Assembly: GCA_051439505.1 (NCBI GenBank)
Contig: JBFRWI010000009.1
Span: 1 to 64,000 of the forward strand
DNA length: 64,000 nt
Source: Hormoscilla sp.
GTDB taxonomy: Bacteria > Cyanobacteriota > Cyanobacteriia > Cyanobacteriales > Desertifilaceae
Reading direction: 5' to 3'
Below are positions 8,372 to 17,769 of this stretch, in pieces; position 1 is the first letter of the stretch, and every line of letters starts with the position of its first letter. The position numbers and the translations under genes were made by a program. The notes beneath the pieces were generated by a model that was given only the letters and a program-made list of their open reading frames with translations, was not told where the DNA came from and searched no databases.

Positions 8372-11020
8372 ATGTTGTCCTCAGCAGCATACATCCGATC
8401 GCTCATCACCCAACTAGCATCCTGTAAAATACTTTGGTTAGATACGGAGGTAGCTGACTGGCAAACTTCCCATCCCAGATTATCTTTAATTCAGCTGTTG
8501 GCATATCCTCATGACTTGACGGGAAAAAGCACTTATATCCTAGATGTGTTGGATAAGCATGATGTTGTTAAATATTTTGTTGACAATATCATGGCTAATG
8601 GCCAAATAGAAAAGGTATTTCACAACGCTAGTTACGATCTCAGGTTTCTGGATAAAGAACGGGCCCAGAATGTCACCTGCACCTTGAAGATGGCCAAAAA
8701 GATAGGACGCGATCGCCTGGGGGTATCGAACCTGAAGCTGAAAACCCTAGCAGCAGAACTTTGCCAGATATCCAATATAGACCGAGAAGAACAGCAAAGT
8801 GATTGGGGACGGCGACCCCTGAGGGCAAAACAGTTACAATATGCTAAGATGGATCCAGTTTATCTAGCTCAAGTACACGGCCATTTAGTAAAATTAATCA
8901 AACAGGATAATCCTGGTGCTACAGTGAAGACTGTCCAAACTTCATTCAGCGTCACAAACGTCAGAGTCGCGATCGAATGTCCGCGTCTCTTCTATTTAAC
9001 TCAGCGTTTTGGTGGCAAAACAATGTTTGTGCCCTCGGACGCTGCTGGTATTGGTACGATATTCCATCAGCTATGCGAGCAATTTGTGGCCCTAGCAAAG
9101 CAGCGATCGGAGTTTTCAACCTTGTTGGCCTCTGCTGATGCTAATGTAGAGGAAGTAGCCTCCCAGATGCAACAGTTGTTTTACCAGTTGGCTTTTTATG
9201 CCTACATGGAGACTGCGACGGAGATGGCATCGGAACTTCCGCAAATCTGGCAGGGTTTAACGGCATTGATTGGGCGCTGGGCCCAATTGCTAGTTAGCAA
9301 TAGGCGCTATTGTAATTTTACTGAAGCGATCGACAAAACTTTTATTGCCACGGAACAGAGACTAACTCATACTTTTATTTTACCCGATCGCACGCAGCAG
9401 CAAGTAGTGGGAGACTTTGATGGTTTGATCTATGATTTTGAACGCGATCGGCTCTGTGTGGTAGACTACAAAACCTACGCACCGATGGATCCATCAGCTC
9501 AATTAATCCAGGTTGCCCTCTATAGTTATACGATCTGGCAGCAGCAGCAAGTGCCAGTTGATGCCGCAGTATACTGCGTTTTACCAGAATTCAAAGTACA
9601 TGAATATTCCTGGGAACAGCTAGCAGAAACGGTACATCAGTTGATTCCTCATAAATTGCAACAGATGCGGGAATGGTTAAACTGGGAACCGCCACAAGCA
9701 GATCCGCCGCCCCCGACAACTCAGTCTCACCTCTGTGAAATTTGCCCCCAGCAAGAAAAATGTCAGACTTTTTTTGGTAGGGTGGGCACCGCCCACCATC
9801 CGCAAGAAAGCACTACTTTGTTTGGTAGGGTGGGCACCGCCCACCATCCGGGAGAAAGCACTACAAACCATCAAGAAAGCAGGACCCAGCAGGGAAGCGC
9901 TAAAGCGCTTACTACAAACAGCAACGCCCAGCAGGGAAGCGCTAAAGCGCTTACTACAAACGTAGGAGAACAGTTGGTAAAAATCCTGCAATCATTTAAT
10001 ATAGGAGTAGATTATCTAGGGGCAGCAGTTGGTCCCGCCTTTATTCGAGTTAAACTCAAACCCCATCTGGGAGTGAAAGTTATTTCTCTGCTAAATAGAT
10101 CGGAAGATTTACAAGTGCAGTTAGGAATTGCATCTCGTCCTTTAATTGCACCGAAAGCAGGATATGTAAGTGTAGATCTGCCCAGGCCCGATCGGGAAGT
10201 GGCGAAGTTCTCAGATTACATTCAACCTGGAGAAACACCGAAATCTCTCAGAATTGCCATAGGGGTGAATTTAGATGGTCAACTCACCGAAGCAGATCTA
10301 GGAGATCCAAATACCTGTCACTTTTTGGTGGGAGGAACCACCGGAAGTGGTAAAAGCGAGTTCTTGCGATCGCTTCTCCTCAGTCTGCTAGTTCGCCACT
10401 CTCCCGAACGTCTGAAAATCGCCCTAGTTGACCCCAAGCGGGTAACTTTTCCCGAGTTTGAACGGATGCCCTGGTTGTATGCGCCCGTCGTCAAAGACCC
10501 CGATCGGGCGATCGAACTCATGGCAGAATTAGTAGCAGAAATGGAATCTCGCTATCAGCTATTTGAATCAGCAAGCTGTGCCGATATTAACGCCTATAAC
10601 CTCAAATCTGTCAAGCAATTGCCCCGAATAGTCTGTATCTTTGATGAATATGCCGACTTCATGGCGGAAAAGGAAAGTCGCACGGAGTTAGAACAAAGTA
10701 TCAAGCGCTTAGGGGCCATGGCACGCGCTGCTGGCATTCATCTGATCGTTGCTACCCAACGCCCTGAAGCTAAAGTTGTTACCCCGATCGTCCGTTCTAA
10801 CTTACCAGGGCGAGTGGCACTCCGGACCGCTAGCGAAGCAGATTCAGTTATTATATTAGGTGGCAAGCAAACAGCCGCAGCATATCTGTTGGGGAAAGGC
10901 GATCTACTTTATCAAGTTGGTTCTCAGTTAGAAAGATTGCAAAGTTTATTGACTGAAAAGATTGATGTTGCACATTTTTGGGATGATAGCAGCCAATTTT
11001 TCAACTTTGCTAATGGCTAA
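8372..11020 (+). CDS. Fusion of RNase D-like 3'-5' exonuclease, PD-(D/E)XK (Cas4/AddB-like) nuclease and FtsK/SpoIIIE ATPase
   Basis: DEDDy motifs WLDTE / FHNASYD / YAKMD; ECPR...GDFDG...VVDYKT...QVALY...CEICPQQEKC; Walker A GGTTGSGKS, DPK, IFDE, ATQRP. Confidence 0.85.
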   Translation: MLSSAAYIRSLITQLASCKILWLDTEVADWQTSHPRLSLIQLLAYPHDLTGKSTYILDVLDKHDVVKYFVDNIMANGQIEKVFHNASYDLRFLDKERAQNVTCTLKMAKKIGRDRLGVSNLKLKTLAAELCQISNIDREEQQSDWGRRPLRAKQLQYAKMDPVYLAQVHGHLVKLIKQDNPGATVKTVQTSFSVTNVRVAIECPRLFYLTQRFGGKTMFVPSDAAGIGTIFHQLCEQFVALAKQRSEFSTLLASADANVEEVASQMQQLFYQLAFYAYMETATEMASELPQIWQGLTALIGRWAQLLVSNRRYCNFTEAIDKTFIATEQRLTHTFILPDRTQQQVVGDFDGLIYDFERDRLCVVDYKTYAPMDPSAQLIQVALYSYTIWQQQQVPVDAAVYCVLPEFKVHEYSWEQLAETVHQLIPHKLQQMREWLNWEPPQADPPPPTTQSHLCEICPQQEKCQTFFGRVGTAHHPQESTTLFGRVGTAHHPGESTTNHQESRTQQGSAKALTTNSNAQQGSAKALTTNVGEQLVKILQSFNIGVDYLGAAVGPAFIRVKLKPHLGVKVISLLNRSEDLQVQLGIASRPLIAPKAGYVSVDLPRPDREVAKFSDYIQPGETPKSLRIAIGVNLDGQLTEADLGDPNTCHFLVGGTTGSGKSEFLRSLLLSLLVRHSPERLKIALVDPKRVTFPEFERMPWLYAPVVKDPDRAIELMAELVAEMESRYQLFESASCADINAYNLKSVKQLPRIVCIFDEYADFMAEKESRTELEQSIKRLGAMARAAGIHLIVATQRPEAKVVTPIVRSNLPGRVALRTASEADSVIILGGKQTAAAYLLGKGDLLYQVGSQLERLQSLLTEKIDVAHFWDDSSQFFNFANG
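9773..9961. repeat. Four REP-like units inside the CDS (2x family B GGTAGGGTGGGCACCGCCCACC, 2x family C AGCGCTAAAGCGCTTACTACAAAC)
   Basis: Seen directly; encode GRVGTAHH x2 and GSAKALTTN x2; intergenic homologs at 11278, 42581 and 5851. Confidence 0.9.
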
Positions 11021-11159
11021 TTGCTAATTGAAAAGAGTAAAGCTATCTATTCATGACTACAAATGACGATCTCAATTAACCATTGACAATAGCGCTCCTG
11101 CGTCGCGCACTTCGTATAAGCAATTAGCAGCCCTCATCATCCCGTCGTTGTGCAACGCC
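10964..11159 (+). mobile_element. MITE-like element (family D, ends GGCGTTGCACA...TGTGCAACGCC) with a 30-bp nested insertion
   Basis: Aligns along its length with 21382-21553; extra 11091-11120 flanked by duplicated CAAT. Confidence 0.75.
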
Positions 11160-11307
11160 GATCGATCTATATTGGGATAAATAAACATATTTTTCCGGCG
11201 AGGGACTAATTTTAACATAGCAATTCCCGATAATCAACTATAATCTAATTTTAGATATCCCGCACGAAATCAAATTAGTAAGGTGGGCAGTGCCCACCCG
11301 GAGGCGA

Positions 11308-11631
11308 TTATAACTTCACAGCCGTACCGACAGCGGTAACGACTAACATAGTGCCTCCTTCCTCCACAGTAATCGTGCCAGTGTCAACCTGAATGCCCAC
11401 GATCGCATCAGCATCTAAACGTTCGGCCCGTCTTTCCAGTTCCGCGATCGCCTTTTCATGCCCCTCGTGAAACAGGCTCTCATAACTGCCAGTACGTCCG
11501 CCGATCAGATCGCGAATTCCAGCAAAGAAATCCCGCAGAGCATTGCTGCCATATACAACCTCAGCGGTAACAATGCCCAGGTATTCCGAAATCTCCTGTC
11601 CTTGGAGAGTAGGAGTAGTCGTGGTAATCAT
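11308..11631 (-). CDS. YbjQ/UPF0145 family protein
   Basis: MITTTTPTLQG...YLGIV...RDFFAGIRDLIGGRTGSYE...GTAVKL. Confidence 0.9.
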   Translation of the reverse strand: MITTTTPTLQGQEISEYLGIVTAEVVYGSNALRDFFAGIRDLIGGRTGSYESLFHEGHEKAIAELERRAERLDADAIVGIQVDTGTITVEEGGTMLVVTAVGTAVKL

Positions 11632-11736
11632 AAATAATTCCTCCAACCAAAAATAATAGATCTGACATTTCCAGATGGGAAGATTCTGGAAAAAAGTGAC
11701 GAAAATAGAGTACCATAATATTCGCTCCCAACACTA

Positions 11737-12837
11737 ATGATCGGAAAAGCCGTGAAAAAACAGACTCGATTTTTAACAGCCCTTTTGCTGTGGATAGGGA
11801 TGGCGATCGCCGCGCCGCCCATCTGGCCAGCACCCCCGCCCATAGCAGAACAGAACGATCGCCAGCTAGGGGAACTGCTGCACAAAGGCAGCGAGTTAGT
11901 AGAAGCCGGAGATTATGCCAGTGCATTGAGGATTTATCAACAAGCCCTCAACTTCGTAAGGGACAACCCCCGAATTTATTCTGGCATAGGGTACCTGCAA
12001 GCTCTGCAAGGAAACTTCCAGGCCGCAGTGGTAGCATATCAACAAGCCGTGACTCTCGACCCCAATAATGCCGATTTTCACTACGCCTTGGGATATAGTC
12101 TAGCTAATCTCGGGGATAATGCCGCCGCAGTGAAAGCCTATCAACGGGCTACCGAACTCGATCCCGATAACAAAGATGCCTATTTAGGTCTGGGGGTAGT
12201 GCTATGGCGTCAACGAGACTATGAAGGAGCGTTGAAAGCCTATCAACAGGTGCGCGACCTAGAACCAAACAATTGGCAGACTTATGAATCTATCGGGATC
12301 GCCCTGCTGCAACTGGGAAAACACAGCGAAGGAATAGAACAGCTCCAGCATGCAGCTAAACTGAACCCAAGAGCAACTAGCGTGCAATTGAAATTAGCTA
12401 CTGCGTGGCTGCAGCTGGGTAACGTCGAGGCCGGACGTGAGACCCTGCAACAAGCAGTCAGAATAGCTCCAGCTAATGCCCTTGTCCACTTTCAAGTTGG
12501 TAGAATTCACGAGAAATACAACCATTACCCCGAAGCATTAGCCGCTTATCAAAAGGCTGTCGGACTCCAACCCAGTCTAGTCGAAGCACATGTAGCAATA
12601 GGCGATATTTACATGCAGCAGTCCGATTACATTATGGCGATCGTCGCCTATCGGGATGCGATCGCGCGATCGCCCCAACATGCCGATGCCCATTATAACC
12701 TGGGTCAAGCCCTGTTAATGCGCGATCGCCTTCCCGAAGCGATCGCGGCTTTATCTCAAGCTTTAGAAATCTACCGCCGTCAGGGAGACACTCAAAGCGT
12801 GCAAAAAGCAGAAGCCCTATTGCAGGAACTACGCTGA
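11737..12837 (+). CDS. Secreted tetratricopeptide repeat protein
   Basis: N-terminal hydrophobic signal; about 9 TPR units (AxxxYQQAxxLDP...YxLG). Confidence 0.9.
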   Translation: MIGKAVKKQTRFLTALLLWIGMAIAAPPIWPAPPPIAEQNDRQLGELLHKGSELVEAGDYASALRIYQQALNFVRDNPRIYSGIGYLQALQGNFQAAVVAYQQAVTLDPNNADFHYALGYSLANLGDNAAAVKAYQRATELDPDNKDAYLGLGVVLWRQRDYEGALKAYQQVRDLEPNNWQTYESIGIALLQLGKHSEGIEQLQHAAKLNPRATSVQLKLATAWLQLGNVEAGRETLQQAVRIAPANALVHFQVGRIHEKYNHYPEALAAYQKAVGLQPSLVEAHVAIGDIYMQQSDYIMAIVAYRDAIARSPQHADAHYNLGQALLMRDRLPEAIAALSQALEIYRRQGDTQSVQKAEALLQELR

Positions 12838-12884
12838 TCTCGTGAGTCTCCTCGTTCGTAGTAAGCACGAAGCGTGCTTGCCTA

Positions 12885-13568
12885 TTACTTCTGCCGTTGG
12901 CGAAGAATGAACTCGGCGATCGCCAGATCCGCTGGCGTCGTCAACTTCAGATTAGTCTCCTCCCCCTGAACAACCCGAACGGGCAACCCACACCGTTCAA
13001 ACAAAGCAGCATCATCAGTAACTTGCCAACCCAGATCCTGCCCCTTTTGGTGACATTGCCGCAAGAGAGGCACCTCAAAACCTTGGGGAGTTTGGGCCGC
13101 CCACAATGAAGAGCGATCGGGCGTACTCTGAATCACTCCAGTCTCATCGACTACTTTGATCGTGTCTTTAACTGGCACCGCCGCAATCAAACCCCCACAT
13201 TGGAGTAGGGCCTCAGCACAGCGATCGAACAACTCAGGAGTAGCCAGACAGCGGGCCCCATCATGAATTAACACCCGCTGGGCATCGTCGGGTAAAGCCT
13301 GCAAACCATTATAAACCGACTCCTGGCGCGTGGCCCCGCCTGCAATCAGCTTTACAGGCTTACTCAGTGATAAACCAGCGACAAGCTGCTGAAAATCATC
13401 CCAGTCAGCAGGTTGTCCGATAATCCCAATCCAGCGAATCAGGCCAGAGGACTGGGCGGAACGCAGAGTCCAAGCGATCAAAGGTTCGCCCAACAAACTC
13501 AGGAGTAGCTTATTGCGACTACTCCCCATCCGTCTGCCCATCCCAGCAGCTGGAATCAATAAATGCAC
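12885..13568 (-). CDS. ispD: 2-C-methyl-D-erythritol 4-phosphate cytidylyltransferase
   Basis: PAAGMGRRMG, GGATRQESV, HDGAR, AQTPQ, TDDA, NLKLTTP. Confidence 0.96.
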   Translation of the reverse strand: MHLLIPAAGMGRRMGSSRNKLLLSLLGEPLIAWTLRSAQSSGLIRWIGIIGQPADWDDFQQLVAGLSLSKPVKLIAGGATRQESVYNGLQALPDDAQRVLIHDGARCLATPELFDRCAEALLQCGGLIAAVPVKDTIKVVDETGVIQSTPDRSSLWAAQTPQGFEVPLLRQCHQKGQDLGWQVTDDAALFERCGLPVRVVQGEETNLKLTTPADLAIAEFILRQRQK

Positions 13569-13655
13569 GGCAACTGTCTCCTGTTAGACATCACCTTCCA
13601 TTAACTCATGGGAATAAGCAGTAGAATGAATGGTTGGTAAATTAGGGAGAAAATC

Positions 13656-14615
13656 ATGAGAGTAGTAGCTCTTGTCCCTGGGGGAATTGGCGACCAAATT
13701 CTATTTTTCCCCACCCTGGAGGACATCAAGCAGTCTTACCCAAGCGCCCAGATTAACGTAATTGTCGAACCTCGCGCCAAAGGAGCCTATCGAGTCTGCA
13801 AGTCAGTCAACGAAGTCATCCCCTTTGACTTCAAAGACCGCAACTCTGCCGCCGACTGGGGCAACTTGCTGGGTCTCCTCCGCGATCGGGAGTATGAAGT
13901 AGCCCTATCCCTAGGGCAGCGCTGGGCCGTCGGACTGCTGCTTTGGCTGACCGGCATTCCCACCCGGGTTGGCTATAGCGGTCCCGGTTCTGGGTTTCTC
14001 ACCAACCCGGTCCCCCTGAAGACCGAGCAGTATGCAGCTAGTATGTACCACGACCTGCTGCAAGGTCTCAGTATAAACCAGCCCTGTCAAGAAGTTACCA
14101 TTACTGTGCCCCAAAAAGATATAGAGTGGGCAGAAGCGGAGCAGAAACGACTAGAGATTGGCGAAAGCGGCTACCTACTAATCCACGGGGGTTCCAGCGA
14201 ACTAGCGCAAACAAAAGGCATTGACAAAATCTACCCCGTAGAGAACTGGCAGCAGATTATTGAGAAGCTGCAACAGCAGCAACCAGACTTGCCCATAGTG
14301 GTACTGCAAGGACCAGAAGATTCCGAATGGGTGAATGCTCTGTTGCAGTCAGTACCCAATCTAAAAGTTACCTCACCAGGGGATGTGGGTAAACTAGCAG
14401 CAATAATTGCCAGTGCCGACCTCATGGTCTGTACCGACAGTGCGCCCATGCATCTAGCGGTAGGGGTGAAAACTCCCACCATTGCCCTATTTGGTCCGAC
14501 GGACCCCAAAAAACTCTTACCCAACTCCGAGAATTATATAGGCATCAAATCCCCCACGGGCAAGATGGCAGACATTTCACCGGAAACCGTCCTGGAGAAA
14601 ATCCTAGGTGGTTAA
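13656..14615 (+). CDS. Glycosyltransferase family 9 (heptosyltransferase-like)
   Basis: GGIGDQIL, DSAPMHLA, ALFGPT. Confidence 0.9.
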   Translation: MRVVALVPGGIGDQILFFPTLEDIKQSYPSAQINVIVEPRAKGAYRVCKSVNEVIPFDFKDRNSAADWGNLLGLLRDREYEVALSLGQRWAVGLLLWLTGIPTRVGYSGPGSGFLTNPVPLKTEQYAASMYHDLLQGLSINQPCQEVTITVPQKDIEWAEAEQKRLEIGESGYLLIHGGSSELAQTKGIDKIYPVENWQQIIEKLQQQQPDLPIVVLQGPEDSEWVNALLQSVPNLKVTSPGDVGKLAAIIASADLMVCTDSAPMHLAVGVKTPTIALFGPTDPKKLLPNSENYIGIKSPTGKMADISPETVLEKILGG

Positions 14616-14727
14616 TTGCTAATGGCTAATGGTTAATGGTTAATTGTTAATTGTGAAGCAAATCGCCAACAATTTTCAATTAACCATTGACAATTTTCAC
14701 AACAGCACTAGATGAGAGAATAAAACT

Positions 14728-14973
14728 ATGAGCGTTGTCATTGAGGATGAAGTATTACATAAAATTCATCTGTCAGAAACCCAATTACTGACCGAAATTG
14801 CCGTCATGCTATTTCAACAAGAACGGTTTACCCTAGAACAGGCGAGTCGGTTTGCCCGCATGAATCAACTTCAATTTCAAAGGTTGCTCGCTAGTCGCCA
14901 AATCCCTCTCCACTATGACATTGCTGAACTCAGAGAGGACGTGAAAAGTCTAGAAGCAAATGGTTGGCGATGA
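14728..14973 (+). CDS. UPF0175 family antitoxin-like protein (orphan)
   Basis: EIAVMLFQQERFTLEQASRFA...RQIPLHYD...EDV pattern; no PIN-type partner downstream. Confidence 0.8.
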   Translation: MSVVIEDEVLHKIHLSETQLLTEIAVMLFQQERFTLEQASRFARMNQLQFQRLLASRQIPLHYDIAELREDVKSLEANGWR

Positions 14974-15056
14974 ACATGCTGTGTCCCCCCTTTTGTGCGT
15001 AAGGCGCTCCCAGGAGAAACCTCCCCGGCGGACACAGCAGTATTCAATATACCTGC

Positions 15057-15431
15057 TCAAAGACTCTGCAACTTAGCAATTATTTTTGCTGCTAGCAAAA
15101 AGTACTTCTTAGTTAGAATCGGCAAATCAGCAAATGTATCATCATAATCCGCTTGATTGCGACCAATCCTCAGACGCTTCAAACTGCTTCCTATCTATTG
15201 ACGATCGAGATCGGGACTATTCCTGAATTGATTGATGACGTATTCATGAGTGTTCCAAGTTGGGATAGCAAGACCATCCTGGTCTCGTAAATAATTCCGT
15301 GCTTGAATAAAAGCAGCGTAGTATGCTCTACTAACAGCAGAACGCAATCGAGATTCCTGAGTAGCAGAAATCAGAGCCTTTCCTGCCAATTGTTGAGCCA
15401 ACCCGAGATATTCTGACCAATTAAAACTCAT
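15057..15431 (-). pseudogene. HEPN-domain protein interrupted by an in-frame amber stop
   Basis: MSFNWSEYL...RSAVSRAYYAAF...DLDRQ*(TAG 15197-15195)IGSSLKRLRIGRNQADYDD...LQSL*; the RNxADY motif lies after the stop. Confidence 0.85.
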
Positions 15432-15783
15432 TATCGATAAACATCTTTCTCTGTGAACGACTTGAAATATCCAGCCCCCAAGCATAATCTAATTCTTCTA
15501 GGATGTCAACGGACTCTTCTGGGTCGATATCAGACTTAATCAAGAGTAGCAATTCATTACTGTCTTCTGAGTAACTCTCTGGATCGATATTAACTTTGAG
15601 GGCCAGTCCGGCGTCGGGAAAGAATTCGCGAACCTTATCCGGTGCTTCTAGTAACAGCGAAATCAGAAAAGGGTACTTCTCAATGAACTGTAATACCTCT
15701 CCTGGTTCTCTATCCTTAAAGCTATAGATTTCCTGAAGCTGCTTGATTTTGCCTGTCCCCATGTTTAAGGTGCCGATCGTCAT
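15421..15783 (-). CDS. Small acidic protein, probable antitoxin partner of the HEPN gene
   Basis: Overlaps the HEPN start; VLQFIEKYPFLISLLLEAP...DPE...L..LD..W pattern typical of cyanobacterial HEPN partners. Confidence 0.6.
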   Translation of the reverse strand: MTIGTLNMGTGKIKQLQEIYSFKDREPGEVLQFIEKYPFLISLLLEAPDKVREFFPDAGLALKVNIDPESYSEDSNELLLLIKSDIDPEESVDILEELDYAWGLDISSRSQRKMFIDNEF

Positions 15784-15833
15784 ATTTACTCAAGCAAAAT
15801 GCTTGTCTGTGGATTATAACATGATGCCCGATC

Positions 15834-16108
15834 CAATACTTCGTAGGTTTTGGATTTATTTGTCATTGCGAGGGGGGGGGGTACTCCGCGATCAACGGCC
15901 TGCTCAATGAGCGATAACCCCCCCCCCGAAGCAATCCCCTCGCGAGCGTAACAGACTCGGTGAGATTGCTAGCCCTCCTGCGTCGGGCCGCTGCGCTTTT
16001 ACGAAGTGCGCGACGCAGGAGCGCTACGGGGGATTGGTTCAGGGGTCAACACAGCTGTTAATTGGCCAGCCCCCCTCGCAATGACAGGTTATTAACCGAG
16101 AAGTATTG
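15834..16108. mobile_element. MITE with CAATACTTC terminal inverted repeats and a 10-bp target-site duplication, containing nested palindromic elements
   Basis: ATGCCCGATC at 15824-15833 and 16109-16118; CAATACTTC...GAAGTATTG ends; internal TGTCATTGCGAG...CTCGCAATGACA element at 15861-16086. Confidence 0.85.
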
Positions 16109-16233
16109 ATGCCCGATCGCCAATAGCTCTGAGATAGTCCAGTTACCATATAGCGAGGCGACTGTAATGATTATACAACGCCTCGCATTTAGCATCTCAC
16201 TCAGGTCTGAAGAAGCCAGATAGACCTGCTACT

Positions 16234-16482
16234 TTAGCAATTGAAATATTTATCCATGCTTTCTGCCATACTTTCAATCGCGCCTTCATGTTGGCTTTGC
16301 CATGACAAGAAGTCTTTTTCTGCTTCCTTTATCTTCTTGACAGTTTCTGCATCTGTCCAGCAAGCCTCCAAGTCCTTAGAAGCCCTTCGTTCTGCGAATT
16401 CTACCACCAGTTTGGCCACTTCTGTATCCGGTTCCATAACCATCAGAGTCGCCAAAATTTTATAGATTAACGTTTTGTCCAT
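16234..16482 (-). CDS. Small hypothetical protein
   Basis: 82-aa ATG ORF co-oriented downstream of crr6, helical composition. Confidence 0.55.
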   Translation of the reverse strand: MDKTLIYKILATLMVMEPDTEVAKLVVEFAERRASKDLEACWTDAETVKKIKEAEKDFLSWQSQHEGAIESMAESMDKYFNC

Positions 16483-16541
16483 TCCCGTTTGTCCTCGCAA
16501 TTGCTCATTCTCTAGAATAGTACATGCAGGTCTACATCTAA

Positions 16542-17024
16542 TTAGCGATCGGCTATCAGCTCAAAGAAGCCATCATCCAGTTCATAGCCGAACATCTGGG
16601 CCATGGACTTCAGGCGGGATTGGCCCTCAATGCCCTGCTGTGCCATCCAATCCCTTAAAATGAAAATTTTCGCCATCACAAAGATTTCCAGGGCTTCTGG
16701 GTTATACTGGATGCCTTCGGTGCGATGAAACTCGTGGGGTACCAGCATAGCCGCATAGCGGGCCAGTTCCCCAGCTCTCCAATCTAGCAGAAACGGCAAC
16801 CAAGGATAAATCGCATCTAGGCGAATAAACCAGAGGCGCACTTCCGGGATTTCCGAGAGTTCCCGTGGGTCTTCTGGAGAACGGGGATAATCGATACTGA
16901 AGCTCAGCAGCTGTTCCGACGAGGCGATCGCCCCTTCGGCCAGCAACTGCTCGATCGCCTTTTGCACCGGTGATATCTGTAATTTATCGATCCACTCAGC
17001 TAGAATCGTGATTTTCATTGCCAT
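16542..17024 (-). CDS. crr6: CRR6 family NdhI maturation factor
   Basis: DPRELSEIPEVRLWFIRLDA.YPW, GELARYAAMLVPH, NPEALEIF. Confidence 0.9.
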   Translation of the reverse strand: MAMKITILAEWIDKLQISPVQKAIEQLLAEGAIASSEQLLSFSIDYPRSPEDPRELSEIPEVRLWFIRLDAIYPWLPFLLDWRAGELARYAAMLVPHEFHRTEGIQYNPEALEIFVMAKIFILRDWMAQQGIEGQSRLKSMAQMFGYELDDGFFELIADR

Positions 17025-17240
17025 GATTGTATCTGTTGACAAGAGCGAGGTATTATGCTATATAAGCGCAATGGATGTTTCACAACACTCTAACATGCCA
17101 AACCTGATGAACGATCGAGTCTTTCTTGTAGCTAGCACACAGACAGATTTTCCCAATCTGCGGTAAAGTGGTAATGAGTCCGCTTGAGCCTGGGAGGGGT
17201 AAGAAGCATTGTTCGTTCAGTTGGGTGAAGGTTACTAATT

Positions 17241-17681
17241 ATGCAAAAGCAAACGGCAGATGCCAAACCCATTCGCTCCCTAGAAGATGCCTTGAACCGT
17301 TGTCAGGAATTAGGCATGCGCCTGTCTCGTCAGCGGCGCTTTATTTTAGAATTACTCTGGGAAAGACAAGCACATATGTCAGCAAGGGATATCTATGATA
17401 GTTTGAACCAGTCAGGGAAAGCGATCGGCCATACCTCAGTCTATCAAAATCTAGAGGCTCTATCTGCTCAAGGGATTATAGAATGTGTGGAACGATCGGA
17501 AGGAAGGCTCTACGGTAACATCAGCGAATCTCACAGCCACATCAACTGTTTAGATACCAATCAAATTTTGGACATCCACGTGGAACTGCCCCCAGAGTTG
17601 ATTGAAAAAATCGAACAACAAACAGGAGTTCATATTACTGACTATCGCATCGACTTCTACGGTTACCGATCAAATGAATAA
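17241..17681 (+). CDS. furC: Fur-family regulator, cyanobacterial FurC/PerR type
   Basis: PIRSLEDAL...GMRLSRQRRFILELLW...IGHTSVYQNLEAL...HSHINCLDT. Confidence 0.85.
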   Translation: MQKQTADAKPIRSLEDALNRCQELGMRLSRQRRFILELLWERQAHMSARDIYDSLNQSGKAIGHTSVYQNLEALSAQGIIECVERSEGRLYGNISESHSHINCLDTNQILDIHVELPPELIEKIEQQTGVHITDYRIDFYGYRSNE

Positions 17682-17734
17682 TTTCTAATTGCGTTCCCAG
17701 GCGGGAGCAAGGGAACGAGGAGAATTGTCCATTC

Positions 17735-17769
17735 GCAATTAGCAATTAGCAATTAGCAATTAGCAATTA
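17735..17769. repeat. STRR-type heptamer tandem repeat (GCAATTA)x5
   Basis: Seen directly; similar heptamer tracts at about 6927-6953, 14615-14652, 26235-26282, 43421-43456, 47975-48005 and 55985-56041. Confidence 0.9.

Noticed and set aside
8950..9770. Cas4-like domain as evidence of a CRISPR-Cas locus
   Set aside because: It is fused to exonuclease and FtsK domains; no cas1/cas2 or array in the window
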